Positions 1-11,797 of a DNA stretch of 37,610 bases are shown in pieces (the stretch's first letter is position 1; every line of letters starts with the position of its first letter). A model generated the notes under the pieces. The model was not told where the DNA came from and searched no databases. It saw only the letters and a list, made by a program, of their open reading frames with translations. A program made the position numbers and the translations under genes. Source of the stretch: Chrysochromulina tobinii (Eukaryota); NCBI GenBank assembly GCA_001275005.1, contig JWZX01002586.1:1-37610 (forward strand), given 5' to 3'.

Positions 1-519
1 GGGGGGGAGCCCGCCACGTGTGTGCGCACGGCGCGGTACGTTCCGTTCCCGTCCCGTTGGAGCGAGGCCCGAGGCGTCAGGCGTCGTTCGAGACCACGGG
101 AAGCGAGATACATCGCATGACCCGTTGTACGCGCTTACAGGATCAGCCTGCGAACGCGGGGACCGGGGTCAGCCTGCCACGTGGGTCGTGGCTGCGAGGA
201 CCCCGCGCGCAATGCATCCCGTCCCTTACCCCCGTCCCGATTCGGTCGTCGGGGTATGGTGTAACACTTGTGATGGGTAAACATGCTCTCGACGCGTTAC
301 CGTTTCGTAGAAAAAACATGGCCGTTGCGGCGCGCGTTGCATCGCGCGGCACGCGCGACAAGGGTGGCAGACTCCGCGTCGCGGTTTACGCTTACCCGCT
401 TACGGCTCGTTTCACGGTAGCCGTGCCGCGCACAATCTGCCTACGCGTAATCGTAGGAGGCCAACGGGCGTTTTCGACGACGACTGTTCAATTGCGGTCG
501 TCGGCGGGTGGACTGGCGG

Positions 520-1314
520 TCACTGCTGTTGCTGTTGGCCTGCTGGCGGTCGCGACCACAATGAGCCTCGGTACATGACCTCCGTCTTCCCTCGCTCGAG
601 GATGTAGCCGTTGAAGTCGTCGGACCACTCCTGAGTGAGGCCGCATGCTCGCAGAGCCTCGTCCATGGGTTCGAAGGCATGCGTGAGGATGCCGAAGCGC
701 TTCTCGAGCGCGAAGGTCTGCTTATGAGGCACTGCAAGGCCCAGCAGTCCTCCTTCGGCGAGCGCCGCGGCGACCTGCCTCAGAAAGGGCGGTGGATCGT
801 CGACGAATTCCATCATGCCGCACACGAGCACTACATCGAAGCGCTCACCAGCGAGCTCGTTCGCGAGCGCGTCCTGCGCCGTCGCTGTTATCACGCGCGC
901 ATATGGCAGCGTCCGTGCGCTTTCGGTCATCGCCGGCGTCACATCGACGCCTGTCACCTCGTGCGAGGAGCCGGGCTCGTCGAAAAAGGGCTTAGCGACG
1001 AGGCCGGTGCCGCAGCCGAGGTCGAGAACGCGCAGCTGCTGCCTGTGAGCCGCGCTGTGGCGCGCGAGCACCTGTGCGGGGATCCGGTGGTGGGCCTCAT
1101 ACCCGTAGCTCTCGATGGCTGCATCGTATTCAGACCCAGCGAAATTCTGGTAGTGATCGACTATCGCCTGTGGCTGCGTGATCTGGGCCGCGAAGCGCGG
1201 ACGGGAAGCGGCCGAGGCAGCCATCTCGCCGAAGGATGTGTGGGCACGGATGAATGCTCTTCGCGCCGCGCGCGCGCCCCGGCGTGCGAGAATCGGCCTT
1301 GGCGTGAACAACAT
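520..1314 (-). CDS. Class I SAM-dependent methyltransferase
   Basis: 264-aa ORF with motif I VLDLGCGTG, acidic motif II VTGVDVT and post-II FDVVLVCGMMEF. The start could instead be the internal Met of MAASAAS near 1224. Confidence 0.85.
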   Translation of the reverse strand: MLFTPRPILARRGARAARRAFIRAHTSFGEMAASAASRPRFAAQITQPQAIVDHYQNFAGSEYDAAIESYGYEAHHRIPAQVLARHSAAHRQQLRVLDLGCGTGLVAKPFFDEPGSSHEVTGVDVTPAMTESARTLPYARVITATAQDALANELAGERFDVVLVCGMMEFVDDPPPFLRQVAAALAEGGLLGLAVPHKQTFALEKRFGILTHAFEPMDEALRACGLTQEWSDDFNGYILERGKTEVMYRGSLWSRPPAGQQQQQ

Positions 1315-1401
1315 GTTTAACGGTCCGGCGGGCTGCAGAATTCGCCACCAAGATGTACATGTACATGTATACTCATCGGCTACACTTCAGAAGTGATGGC
1401 G

Positions 1402-1426
1402 GACTTGACTTGACTTGACTTGACTT
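1402..1426 (+). repeat. (GACTT)5 microsatellite in the divergent intergenic region
   Basis: Five perfect GACTT copies; an (ATGTAC)~3 repeat also lies at about 1353-1369. Confidence 0.9.
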
Positions 1427-1736
1427 ATCAATTGAAACCAATTTTTTCGAAACTAAAATCGCGCCGCAACGGGCCCCAAAAAACAACTCCGAAACGAACA
1501 TACGAAAGCCCAAAGAGCTTGCAGGACTTTGGCGATTTCGCCCAGCGGTGGGTCCTTCTTCCTCGCCGCTGCGCCTGCGGTGGCTGCGGGACGCGGGCGA
1601 CCTCCTGCGCGCTCCCTGCCATGCGGATAGAGGCCAGGCTTCATATGCTGCTGGGTGCCGCCGCCGCTCGTTGCACCGAATATCGCTCTCACACTCTGCG
1701 CGCTGTTCGCTTCCTCGCTCTGCGCAGGCAGTCGCC

Positions 1737-3558
1737 ATGCCGGTCTCTATGCAGTTCAACGCCGGTTCCATCCACGCTTCGCCAGGTGGGCAGCCGCCGC
1801 TAAGCTCTGCTGTTGCCCGCCATACACTCTTACACAACCGATTTCGCGCCGAGGATGAGGGACAGGCTGCCAATGGCGGCCGCGCACGCGGCGGCCAGGC
1901 AGAGACTGCATCAAGGATATGGGCAGCGACAGTAGTGCGGTGGCGGCTGCAGACGAGCATTGATGTTGGCGATGGAGGATGGATGATGCTCGGCGGCCAC
2001 TCGCAAATACGGGGGATGGCGGCGCGGCGTGCACGCACTCGCACAGATTGGCCACTCTTGCCGCATACACAAGTGCTGGTGCCATCTCTCTGCTCACACG
2101 TTCCCTCCGACTGTCCTCTCCTGCGCGCAGCCAAGCGCGCGGCCCTCGACGAGGCGCGCATGAAGGCTCGCAGCGCCAAGGCCGGCCTTAACCCCGGCCC
2201 GGGCGCGTACGACGTCAAGCGGCCGGCTGTCACTGCTGCTGAGGTGCGCGCAAGGATACCCCAAAAGGCCCAGCCTCTCATCTCGTGGCCCTAGCCTGGC
2301 AACGAGGATCCCCCGCTAGTCTCCCACTCACCTTTTTCCGCCGTCACCATCGTTGTGTTGTCGCAGCTTGCCGGCTCCGCTGCCTTCAAGTCCAAGTCCG
2401 AGCGCAAGAACGACGTGTCGCTCAAGGAGGTTGGCGACCCTGGCTCGTACAACCCGTACGACAACATGACCCTCGCGGCTTCGACCTCGAAGTCGTTCAA
2501 CAAGTCGCAGCAGACTGGCGCCGGCGGCTTCGGCACCAAGGTCAAGCGCGCGGAGCTCTCTGTGCCCAACGACTCCCCTGGCCCGGGCACCTACGATGCC
2601 AAGCTTCCGGAGGCTCCGGAGGCGAAGCAGGGCAGCGCGTTCGCCTCGCAGACCAAGCGCGGCGCGTACCTGCCGAAGGCGCAGACCCCCGGTGCGGGCG
2701 AGTACGACCCGAACATGCCGCAGGAGAAGATCGCTGGTGGCGAGTCGATGTTCAAGAACAAGGACGAGCGCTTCAAGAAGAGCATGGAGCTCGAGTACGC
2801 TGCGCACGTGGGCCCGGGCTCGTACGCCCAGGGGCAGATGACGATCGAGTCGAGCATGGGCAAGACCACGTCCAAGCTCGGCGCAGCCTTCAACACGACC
2901 CAGAAGAAGGACTTCACTCTGGGCGCTGGCACCGACAACCCTGGCCCGGGCGCCTACGACGCCAAGCTCAGCTCCTCCGACGTCGCGGGCCTTGCCGGCT
3001 CCGCTGCCTTCAAGTCCAAGTCCGAGCGCAAGAACGACGTGTCGCTCAAGGAGGTTGGCGACCCTGGCTCGTACAACCCGTACGACAACATGACCCTCGC
3101 GGCTTCGACCTCGAAGTCGTTCAACAAGTCGCAGCAGACTGGCGCCGGCGGCTTCGGCACCAAGGTCAAGCGCGCGGAGCTCTCTGTGCCCAACGACTCC
3201 CCTGGCCCGGGCACCTACGATGCCAAGCTTCCGGAGGCTCCGGAGGCGAAGCAGGGCAGCGCGTTCGCCTCGCAGACCAAGCGCGGCGCGTACCTGCCGA
3301 AGGCGCAGACCCCCCGGTGCGGGCGAGTACGACCCGAACATGCCGCAGGAGAAGATCGCTGGTTGCGAGTCGATGTTCAAGAACAAGGACGAGCGCTTCA
3401 AGAAGAGCATGGAGCTCGAGTACGCTGCGCACGTGGGCCCGGGCTCGTATTCGCAGGCGGAGGGCACTGTCGAGCTTGCCTTCAAGAAGCAGAGTGGGAA
3501 GGTGTCGTCGGCGTTCGCTTCGACGTCGCTGCGGGGGGACAGCTTCATTCCTTCGTAA
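1737..3558 (+). CDS. PGPGxY (SHIPPO / sperm-tail PG-rich) repeat protein, ODF3/STPG-like ciliary microtubule-binding protein; 3 exons (1737-1785, 2131-2243, 2367-3558), +1 frameshift at about 3310-3315
   Basis: Repeated PGPGAYD / PGPGTYD / PGAGEYD / VGPGSY motifs with F-containing spacers. Introns 1786-2130 (phase 1) and 2244-2366 (phase 0) are GT-AG and join in frame to give MPVSMQFNAGSIHASPAKRAALDE...TAAE-LAGSAAFK. The C run is 5 long in the first repeat copy and 6 in the second. Confidence 0.8.
2367..3449 (+). repeat. Intragenic duplication, period 624 bp (2367-2824 vs 2991-3449)
   Basis: About 458 bp essentially identical at nucleotide level; visible differences are one extra C and GGC>TGC. 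Confidence 0.9.
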
Positions 3559-4522
3559 GCACGCCCCCTCAGCCATCTGCTGCGCAGATGCGCGCAGTGG
3601 AGTCGCTGGCGGCCTGCTGCGAGGCAGTGGATCCAAGGGCACTCGGCCCTCTCCGTACTTTCCTTTCTGCCGTTGGCACCGCGTGGTGCCGACCGCGATA
3701 CTCTCTTTGTTTGCTGCAGCGCTGCGCGTGATCGCAGTGCGGTGGATCTTTTGACCTGATGTCCTGTGCCTGTGTCAACTTGTGTGGGTGGCGTGAGGGC
3801 GCGCGCCTGGGCGTGTGCGTACCTGGCTCGATGGCTCATGTGGTCGTGCTGCTTTTCACAGCGTCAGTGAGTTGATCGGCTGGGTCAACAATGACACGGC
3901 GTCTGGCATAGTGTGTGATATGGGCGCATGTTGGGGATCTCTCGAGTGTCCTAGCGATGGGTGTGTTTAGCCCCTGTGTCAAAGGGCGTGGGCAGATGAA
4001 GAACGTTGGCGATGAACAGAACCAGTGAACAAGGCCACAAGTGGGGCGGCGTCGCGCGCGCGGCGGTCGCGGCCCGCCGCCGCGGCGCGCCGCGCGCCGG
4101 GTACCGTCTCGAGGCCGGAGGCTCTAGCTACTAGCAAGGGGCGCCGCGGCGGCGCGGGGACCCTGCGACGTCGCTTGGACGGGGAGTCCTGGCGCGCGGG
4201 AGGCGACACCGGGGAGCCGGAGGTAACTTTAACTACAGGTCGCTAAGCAAAAACTATATCTACAGGTCAATCTACAGGCCACGCCGTCCTCGCCGTGGGC
4301 GTGGTACCCGGCCCCCGGCGCTGCCGCCGCGCGCGTACGGCATTCGGCACATCTCACCGATGCGCATGTGAGATACGGCGTACATATCACCTACGAACTA
4401 CGCCTCCCGATTCCTCCCGAGACCGTCGTGCGTAGCGCTTGCGATCAGTAGTGGTTCGTGCCTCGAGCGACGCTCCGAAATTTCTCGCTTTGTGCAGTGG
4501 CCGCGTGTGTGGCGCGCGGCAT

Positions 4523-6838
4523 CTACTTCTTCAAGATCTGCAGCATCTGCTCGCGGACCACCTCATACGCCTGGCCGTATCCCTCGTCCCACAGGAACAT
4601 CTTGTGCACCTCCATCAATCGCTGCCGTTTCTTCCATATGGCGTGTCGACTCAGGTTAGCCAGAATGGACGGCAGGATGGGAATGTCCTCGAAAGGCAGC
4701 TGCACGGCAAAGCCATCGTAATCCAATGCTGGCTCGAGTGGCAACAGGAGTCCTCCCGGGCGGACGACGACCGGAATGCATCCGGTGACGATGTAGTCGA
4801 CGAGGCGGTTACCAAAGCCCTTGCCCGGCGCGCTCAGGCAGAACTCATATGTCCGGAGCATTGCGTGATACGAAGCGCCCGTCAAGATCCCAGCCGAGCT
4901 CGTTTGGTGAGCACTACGAGGAGATCCAGTGGAGTTTTGGCCATCCACGTGTGCCACGGGCGCCGGCCCATGACGGTTGAAGTGCACCATGGGATGCTTG
5001 CCTAGCTCGTTCTCCACCGCCTGACGGATGCCCATCGAGTAGACCTTACGACAGCGGGCCGGCCGCGGCGAGCGTGGGTCGTAGCACCGCACGATCCAGC
5101 CCGACCGCATCTGTCGAGTGGATCCTCGGAAGAAGAGGAAGGGTGCTCGAGGTCGATGGAGCGCTGCGTCCTCATATGTCGCGCGCGCGGCGCTGACCAT
5201 ACGGTCGTCTACCACCCGCCACACGTCCTTGCCAGGCATCGCGCGCAGGCGAGGCTTGCCCATGGAGCCGGGAGGCAAGACGACGTGAAGGACGCCACGA
5301 GGGAAGCACGCCGTGTCGCCCCAATGGGTCACCACCACGTCGCCGGGTTGCATGATGCCTTCGGGCACCCCGCACTCGCCGCAATCCATATGCTCCTCCC
5401 AGATCTGGGGCAGCCGAGATTGGGACAGCCGGCCGCGCTCGGCCGCCGGCGCTGCCTCCAACGCACGCGGCAGGAGCAGCCGTGTGCCCGCGACGGCGCC
5501 TTGCAAGGTCCATTTGAGCTTCTCTCGATCGGTATTGCTGTAGAGGCGGAATCCGAAGAGAGGGTCCCAACGCGCGCCTGCACAACGTGCCGAGGGCGCG
5601 CGGTGACGAGGGTCGTTGAGCAGCCGCAGCAGCAGCATATCGGGCGCGACGTAAATGCCGCCCGTCGAGGGGTCTAGAGTCGTCACCGGCGCCAGCGCGC
5701 ACGCGTCGTGCTTCTCCGTGCGCATGCCCGGCGTGCCAGCGACTAGGTCAAAACCTACACTGCCAATGAATATCCCGCCGCTCTCTGCATGCTTGCACGC
5801 AGCAGCCGAGGCAGCGGCGGCCTCAACGGCGCAATCCAAGCCGGCCCACGCCTTCTCGCACACGCACCGGCCGGCCATGCAGGCGCCGTGGCCGTGGCAC
5901 GCATGCAAGCAGCACTCTGCAGGAAGGGCTCGCTGGGCAGTCGGCTGCGCTTGCAGAGCGGTCGGCTGCGCTGGCATCGCTGTCGGCTGTGCTTGCGAGT
6001 CGATCGGAAGCAGCGTGGTTGACCCCTCGTCGGCGGTCGAAGCGAGCTGCGCCACGGCCAACCCGTCCGACTGCTGCTGCAGCGCAGCCAGCCACGCCGT
6101 GAGCTGCGCCTTGAAAGGCCGCCGAGGTCTGCCAAACGACGTGTTTGTCTGCGGCTCGAAGACGACTCCGTGCGTGAGTGTGTTCGCTTGCCAGCCTACC
6201 ATTGGCTGAGGCAGCGCGAGTGACCACAGCGAGCGCGAGGCGATGAGCTCGTAGGGGATAGTACCGGAGAGCCGCGTGCCGCGGAGATCCACCCGGTGGT
6301 AATGGCTGAGCTCTTTTGGCAGGGTCCCGGACAGAGCGAGGTTGCCATGCAGATCAGTCGACCCGACGCCTGAACCATATCTCAATTCGTGCGGCAGCGT
6401 GCCGGAGAGCGCGTTGCAACACATCTTGAGCTTCGCCTCAAAGTGGCACTGGTGCGTATTATATGGGGTTCCGCTGGGTATGGCACGATTTGCAAAAGGC
6501 CAGCGGCAAGGGCCTGGCAATGACTGAGGCAGCGTGCCTGACAAGCGAGTGCGCTCAATCTGTAGCAAGCGCATCGCACGGTTCCAGCGCTCCATCCCCA
6601 CGGGTAGCGTGCCGGACAGCAGCGGCACATTCTCGATGGTGAATTCCCACAGCCGGCCGAGGTTCATAACCTCGGATGGAATCGTGCCCGAAAGAGAGGA
6701 AGCTTGGAATATGTGGAGGCGCGTGATACTCGTCAACAGGCCGAGCTCTGATGGCAGAAACCCGACAGCTGAAGCACCATTGATGAGACCCACTCTGGTG
6801 TCGGGTCCGAGCTTGGCACCGTCGGGGCCGCGGATCAT
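4523..6838 (-). CDS. Exostosin-family (GT47) glycosyltransferase with N-terminal plant-type LRRs and an EGF-like domain
   Basis: LSGTIP/LSGTLP LRR repeats, EGF-like CLHACHGHGACMAGRCVCEKAWAGLDC, and GT47 C-terminal signature FCLSAPGKGFGNRLVDYIVTGCIPVVV...LPLEPALDY. The 5' end is uncertain because no signal anchor is visible. Confidence 0.8.
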   Translation of the reverse strand: MIRGPDGAKLGPDTRVGLINGASAVGFLPSELGLLTSITRLHIFQASSLSGTIPSEVMNLGRLWEFTIENVPLLSGTLPVGMERWNRAMRLLQIERTRLSGTLPQSLPGPCRWPFANRAIPSGTPYNTHQCHFEAKLKMCCNALSGTLPHELRYGSGVGSTDLHGNLALSGTLPKELSHYHRVDLRGTRLSGTIPYELIASRSLWSLALPQPMVGWQANTLTHGVVFEPQTNTSFGRPRRPFKAQLTAWLAALQQQSDGLAVAQLASTADEGSTTLLPIDSQAQPTAMPAQPTALQAQPTAQRALPAECCLHACHGHGACMAGRCVCEKAWAGLDCAVEAAAASAAACKHAESGGIFIGSVGFDLVAGTPGMRTEKHDACALAPVTTLDPSTGGIYVAPDMLLLRLLNDPRHRAPSARCAGARWDPLFGFRLYSNTDREKLKWTLQGAVAGTRLLLPRALEAAPAAERGRLSQSRLPQIWEEHMDCGECGVPEGIMQPGDVVVTHWGDTACFPRGVLHVVLPPGSMGKPRLRAMPGKDVWRVVDDRMVSAARATYEDAALHRPRAPFLFFRGSTRQMRSGWIVRCYDPRSPRPARCRKVYSMGIRQAVENELGKHPMVHFNRHGPAPVAHVDGQNSTGSPRSAHQTSSAGILTGASYHAMLRTYEFCLSAPGKGFGNRLVDYIVTGCIPVVVRPGGLLLPLEPALDYDGFAVQLPFEDIPILPSILANLSRHAIWKKRQRLMEVHKMFLWDEGYGQAYEVVREQMLQILKK

Positions 6839-7539
6839 TTGGCGCTCTCGTCGCCGTCACTCCCGCTGACACCGCTGGATATGCAGCCCATCAATTGGCC
6901 TCTACGGCCCAGCCTGTCGACCTACAGCTTCTGCACCTCGAACTCCTTCGCTGGGCTTGGTGTGTGATTCATTATGAATACACACAACACGTAAGCAGCA
7001 TGTGTGATTCACGCTCGAGAGATGTTTGTAATTCCGCACGAAAAACACGAAAGTACCGCCGTCTCATCACCCCCAGGAGAGGTACGATGCCGGGGTTTTC
7101 ATCGTACATTGTCGACTGATACACACCCGATGCTATCGTCGTCGCGCGATATGTAAAATGGAAGAACTCGAGTAGAGAACCGGCGGTGAACGGTCGTGTT
7201 TGTATGTGTTCTCGCGCGCGCGCGCCGTGCCGGACCAGCACCTGCCGCGCCCGGTAGGGTATCGTGCGCACGGCCGGAGGGCACGATGCAGGCCGCCAGG
7301 CCCACCCTCCACCTCACGCTGCGGAACTATGCCTATGGCTCTTGTGAGCGCCGCTGCGCAGGTCCAGGCTCTCGAGACTGCAGACTCGTGCAAGAGCATG
7401 CACGACCGTACAAGTAGTCCCAGAGCGGGAACCCTCATTCGTCCTGCCAACGGACAGTTTCGACTGCCAACGGAAAATTCGCTCCGCTCCGAGCGTCGTT
7501 TCCACACGAGCGCCGGCTCTTCGAGAACCGCTTGCCGTC

Positions 7540-9805
7540 TCAGAAGCCGCCCAGGCCGTACTCGTCAAAGCCATCGCCCCCCCACTGGTCGGCTTCGGTC
7601 ATTGCCTTCTGCTGACCCATCATGTCAATGCCCGCGCCCTGTCGCTGGCGCTCTCGCTCCTCACGCTCACGCAGGCGCTGCTCGTCGCGCTGGCGCTGGG
7701 CCTGCTGGCGCTGATCCTGAGCCGCACGGCGCGCACGCTCGGTTTCGGCCGCGGCCGCTTCCTGCTGCCGCGCCTGCTGCTGCTGCGCCTGCTGCTGCTG
7801 CCGCAGGTGGGATTCCTTCGTCTGCTGGAAGGACTGCCACATGCCGCCGCCTGCTCCGCCTCCGCCGCCTCCGGTCGGCGCTTTGCCACCGTCCGAGTCG
7901 CCGTCACTCATCCAGCCGTCGTCGGCGCCGTCGTCAGCGCCCGAGAAGCCGCCGCCGCCGCTCGCGCCGCCGTCGGCGGCACTCGCGAGCGAGGAGCGAG
8001 CGTTGCGCACCTGCTGCAGCTGGTGCGGGTTGCGCATGGACGCGGCATCTATGTTGCTCAGGAGCGAGTTGGCGGCACTGCCGCGCTTGCCGCCGCCGCC
8101 GCTCTTCTTGGGCTTTGGGCCGTTGCACTTCTCGAGGTAGTCCCACAGGCGCCACAGGGTCGGGTTGTCGAGTGCGTTGATGTCGACCTCGATGTGGCCG
8201 TCCCCGGACGCGAGCGAAGGGTTGTTGTCCTGAATGATCTTGACTGCCTTCGAGAGGTCATTGGCTCCGAGCCTTGCGATCCCCGCAGAGATCTGCGCGC
8301 GCTGGTCGAAGCTCATGTCGCCGCGATCCATGGGTGGCGCCGGTACCATCGCGCCACCAAAGGCATCCATGCCGCCGCCTCCATAAGGTACCATGCCGCC
8401 GCCGAGCGTATTGCCGCCGCGGGAGCCGCCGCCGCCTCCGCGCCCGCCTCCGCCTCCGCTCTTGCGCCCACCGCGGCCGCCGCCGCGCGGTGCCGCCTGC
8501 TGCATCATGCCGCCCATCATCATGGCGGGCATCATGGCGGGCATCATGCCCGGCATCATGGACGGCGCCATGCCCCCCATCATCATTTGCTGCTGCATCT
8601 GCTGCATCTGCTTCATCATCAACTCCTGCTGCAATAATTGCGCCTTCTGCATTTCGCGCAGCTGCTTCTTGAGGTCCTTAGCCGCATCCGTCTCCTTGTC
8701 CAACTTTTCCGCGCGCTCTCGCTCGAGGACTTGCGGGATCTGCTTCAGCAACTCCTCCGAGCGATGCTCAAGCTCGCGCGCCATGCTGGTCACGCTATTC
8801 GGGTCGTTGGGCTGGTCGTCGCGGTTGAACGTGTAGCAGTTGTGCCACACGAGCCGCAGGTCCGAGGTGAACGCATCGAGGTCCTCGTACTCACCGCCTT
8901 CGAGCTTCTTGCGGATGGTGCCCAGGTCCATCGGGTGCGAAATGACCTCATAGTACTGCGGATACTTGGTCACATCTACTGGCTTGTTGAACAGCCAGGC
9001 AACCTGGCGGCCCATCAGGTCCTTGAGTACCTTTTTGGCCTCCTTGAGCTCTGCCTTCACGGTGCCGTCGCCGCCGGCACTCAGCCGCGCAGGCGCGACC
9101 GTCGCGCGTTTGCGGTGCGTTTGACCGCCAGCATTTGGCAAGCCCATGCTCGCGCGGCCTCCGCCGTCAGGGCGCGCGCGCTTCTGGCCAGCCACTTGCG
9201 CCCCGGGCGCGCCGGGCGCGCCGCCTGGCACGCTGCCGGGCACGGGCATGGTAAACCCGCGTGGTTTGTGCGAGCCGCTCGGGCCCGATGAGCGGCGGCC
9301 GGCGTTGGCCGCTCCGGGAGCGTTCATGTGCTTGCCGAGGTAGACACCGCTGCTCTTCTCAAAATGAATCTGTTGCGGTCGAGAGCGGGCGTGAGAACGG
9401 CGACGGCGACAGGCGCGTGCGCGGATCCGCATGGGCGGGCGGGCGCCGTCGGCTGCGGCTCGCGCTCGAGCCGATTGCGAAGCAGGAAAGCAGCGGGAGA
9501 CGCACACGGAGAGAGCGCAGCGCTCATCACCTTGGGCGTGACGGCCTGCTTCTCCGGATGGCCAGCGACCAGGCCGACCGGAATCATCATGAAACCGAGG
9601 CCGGGCAGGCGCGTCTCGACCTCCCTCATTAGCGCCTGTGCAGAGAGCGGCAACGCAGGCTGAGCGACCGGAGAGCCTCTCATGTGCGCACGCGCTGCCG
9701 CGTGCGTGGGTGCAGAGCATCGGCTCCACAGCCGCGAAAGGCGCGGCAGTGAGGCATCTGCCGCCTCACCTCCGCCTCGCGATGCGTCTTCTCCACCCTT
9801 GACAT
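7540..9805 (-). CDS. BET/GTE-type bromodomain + extra-terminal (NET) domain protein; exons 9805-9770, 9635-9531, 9369-7540
   Basis: Bromodomain AWLFNKPVD...YYEVISHPMDLGTIRKKL...VWHNCYTFN and ET domain MSFDQRAQISAGIARL...IEVDINALDNPTLWRL, with a Q-rich coiled C-terminus. Two phase-0 GT-AG introns join MSRVEKTHREAE-ALMREV...VTPK-IHFEK; the 5' exons are less certain. Confidence 0.88.
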
Positions 9806-10114
9806 CTCGATCAGGCGGTGCAGTCGCGCAGCAGCAAGCAGCTCTCGCGCTGCGCTTGCGATGAGAAAAGCGTTCGCGATGTCGCCGCGTTTCACAAGCG
9901 AGCGTCCCTACGCACGAGGGGCCAAGGGGCTCCCAGCCCCTTAGAGGGGCCTAAACCGAGCCCGTTGTACACGGAATTCCTCTAATCATCGCGGTTCACA
10001 CACGCGGCCGCCGAAGTTTTGAGAGATTTCGCCCATGAAGGCGTTTTTCAACGGCGGCTCTCCCTTCAATCGGCTCTCTCGTATCGAGCCAACGCGAGCG
10101 TAAGGGGGTAGGTC
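9806..10114. promoter_or_regulatory. Probable bidirectional promoter between the BET and tubby genes
   Basis: About 310 bp between divergent start codons; inferred from geometry only. Confidence 0.4.
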
Positions 10115-11089
10115 ATGGCGGTGCCGAGCATGGCGAATCCCAACCCCGCAGCTACGTACATGCCGCAGCCAGCGCAAACAATCACGCAGCGACAGCTCGC
10201 CACCTTTGGCCGCGTCGCCAGCCCATCCTCGCAGCACTACCCGCCTGCCGCCACGGCCGCAGCAACATCGCCCTTCACGCCGAAGCCGATCGGGATGCGC
10301 TCCAGCCCGCCGTTGGTCTCGAGCCCGTCGACCTCCTTCTCATCAGATTCGCCCACCGTGTGCCCGGAGGTGTCCATCGACCTCTCGCGTGCAGCCGACC
10401 TCGATGTTGACAGGCTGCTCGAGCCGCGACCTCGCGATCAGGGCACGATGCGCTGCACCGTGAAGCGACTGCGCGAGAAGCACACGCTCGAGCTCTACCT
10501 CGAGGAGGGCAACGTCTTCGTCCTCTCCGCCACACGCAAGGGCAAGGAGTGGATCATCTCCGAGCAGCAGCAGGGCTGCGAGCCGCGCAAGCACCTTGCG
10601 CGGGTGCGTCAGGGCAAGGAGCGCACGTTCAGCATCGTGCGCGCGCGGCACGACGGGCACGAGAGCGCACCCGAGCTGTGCTACGTGGCGCACAGCACCC
10701 ATCAGCTCGGCAACGGCCTGCCCGATCTCAACGTGATGCGCGTCGCGATGCCGCGGCCGCCTATTGGCGCGCTCGACGCACAGCACGGCGAGCTCGGGAG
10801 AGTGTTGGGTGAGCTCGGCGCCAAGCGCTCGCCCGAGCACGTCTCGATCCTCGAATCGCGCCGCCCCAAGTGGAACGCGCGCACCGAGACGTACGAGCTC
10901 CCCTTCGGCGGGCGCGCCAACTGGGCCTCCGCGCGCAATTTCCAGCTCGTCGAGCGCGGTGCGTCTGAAGGGTCTGCGGTGGCCCTGCTCTACGGCAAGA
11001 TGGAGGAGGACGAGTTTGCGCTCGACTTTGCGTTCCCGCTTTCGCTGCTCAACGCCTTCGCCATCGTTCTCACCACGTGGGGCTGGTAG
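10115..11089 (+). CDS. Tubby-like protein (tubby C-terminal domain)
   Basis: Motifs MRCTVKR, LELYLE, PKWNARTETYELPFGGRANWASARNFQLV, LLYGKMEEDEFALDFAFPLSLLNAFAIVL. Confidence 0.92.
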   Translation: MAVPSMANPNPAATYMPQPAQTITQRQLATFGRVASPSSQHYPPAATAAATSPFTPKPIGMRSSPPLVSSPSTSFSSDSPTVCPEVSIDLSRAADLDVDRLLEPRPRDQGTMRCTVKRLREKHTLELYLEEGNVFVLSATRKGKEWIISEQQQGCEPRKHLARVRQGKERTFSIVRARHDGHESAPELCYVAHSTHQLGNGLPDLNVMRVAMPRPPIGALDAQHGELGRVLGELGAKRSPEHVSILESRRPKWNARTETYELPFGGRANWASARNFQLVERGASEGSAVALLYGKMEEDEFALDFAFPLSLLNAFAIVLTTWGW

Positions 11090-11797
11090 CACCTTCCGTG
11101 ATTCGCCCCTCTCTCTTCTAATGTATTGCGCTTCCACAGGCACAGCCGCGCGGGCGATCATCAGACTCAGCTCAGAGCACCGCACGGTTATCGCAAGTTA
11201 CGGTGCACGGCCACGATGGGATGCGGCCCGCGAGACGTTGACGCTTGCGCGGGTGTCACAGTGTTGCTCTTGCGCTGTGTGTAGTAGGTGAAACCGCTCT
11301 TGTCGTGTACTTCAAAGTTAGTACGGAAGGTTTCGATAGAATTTCGATACGATATCGATCGATAGAATTTCGAATAATTCGCGCCGGGACGGGGAACGGC
11401 CCCGCCAAGAACGTTCTTGGGAGTGGGACTTCCGGAAGTCCTAAGAGTAAGACCCGCGGCCCGCCCGCGGCGCACGACGGTCTCGACGGCTCAGCGCACG
11501 GGTCGACGCGCGGGACGGGCGACACGGAACGGTCCGACGCGCCGGACGGAGACGGAGATAGTCGATTAGGACGATTACTGTCAACGGATATCGCTCATCG
11601 GGCTGGACGGTAGTCGGTACTGGGACCGGACGCGAAGCCGAGAACGCGAGACACGTGCGCGAAGTGAGGAGGAGACGCCGCGGTCCCGTTGGTGCGGGCT
11701 GCCTGCGTGGCACGCAACAGGGCTGCGCGCCGCGAACACCCTCAGGTCTGTGACAGTGGACTTGCGATCTCTGAGCATAGGCTGTAGTGGGTTGCAG

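Noticed and set aside
18..519. 186-aa ORF and small hairpins at the window start
   Set aside because: GTG start, no recognisable motif, overlaps the methyltransferase 3' end; the hairpins are short and expected at this GC content.
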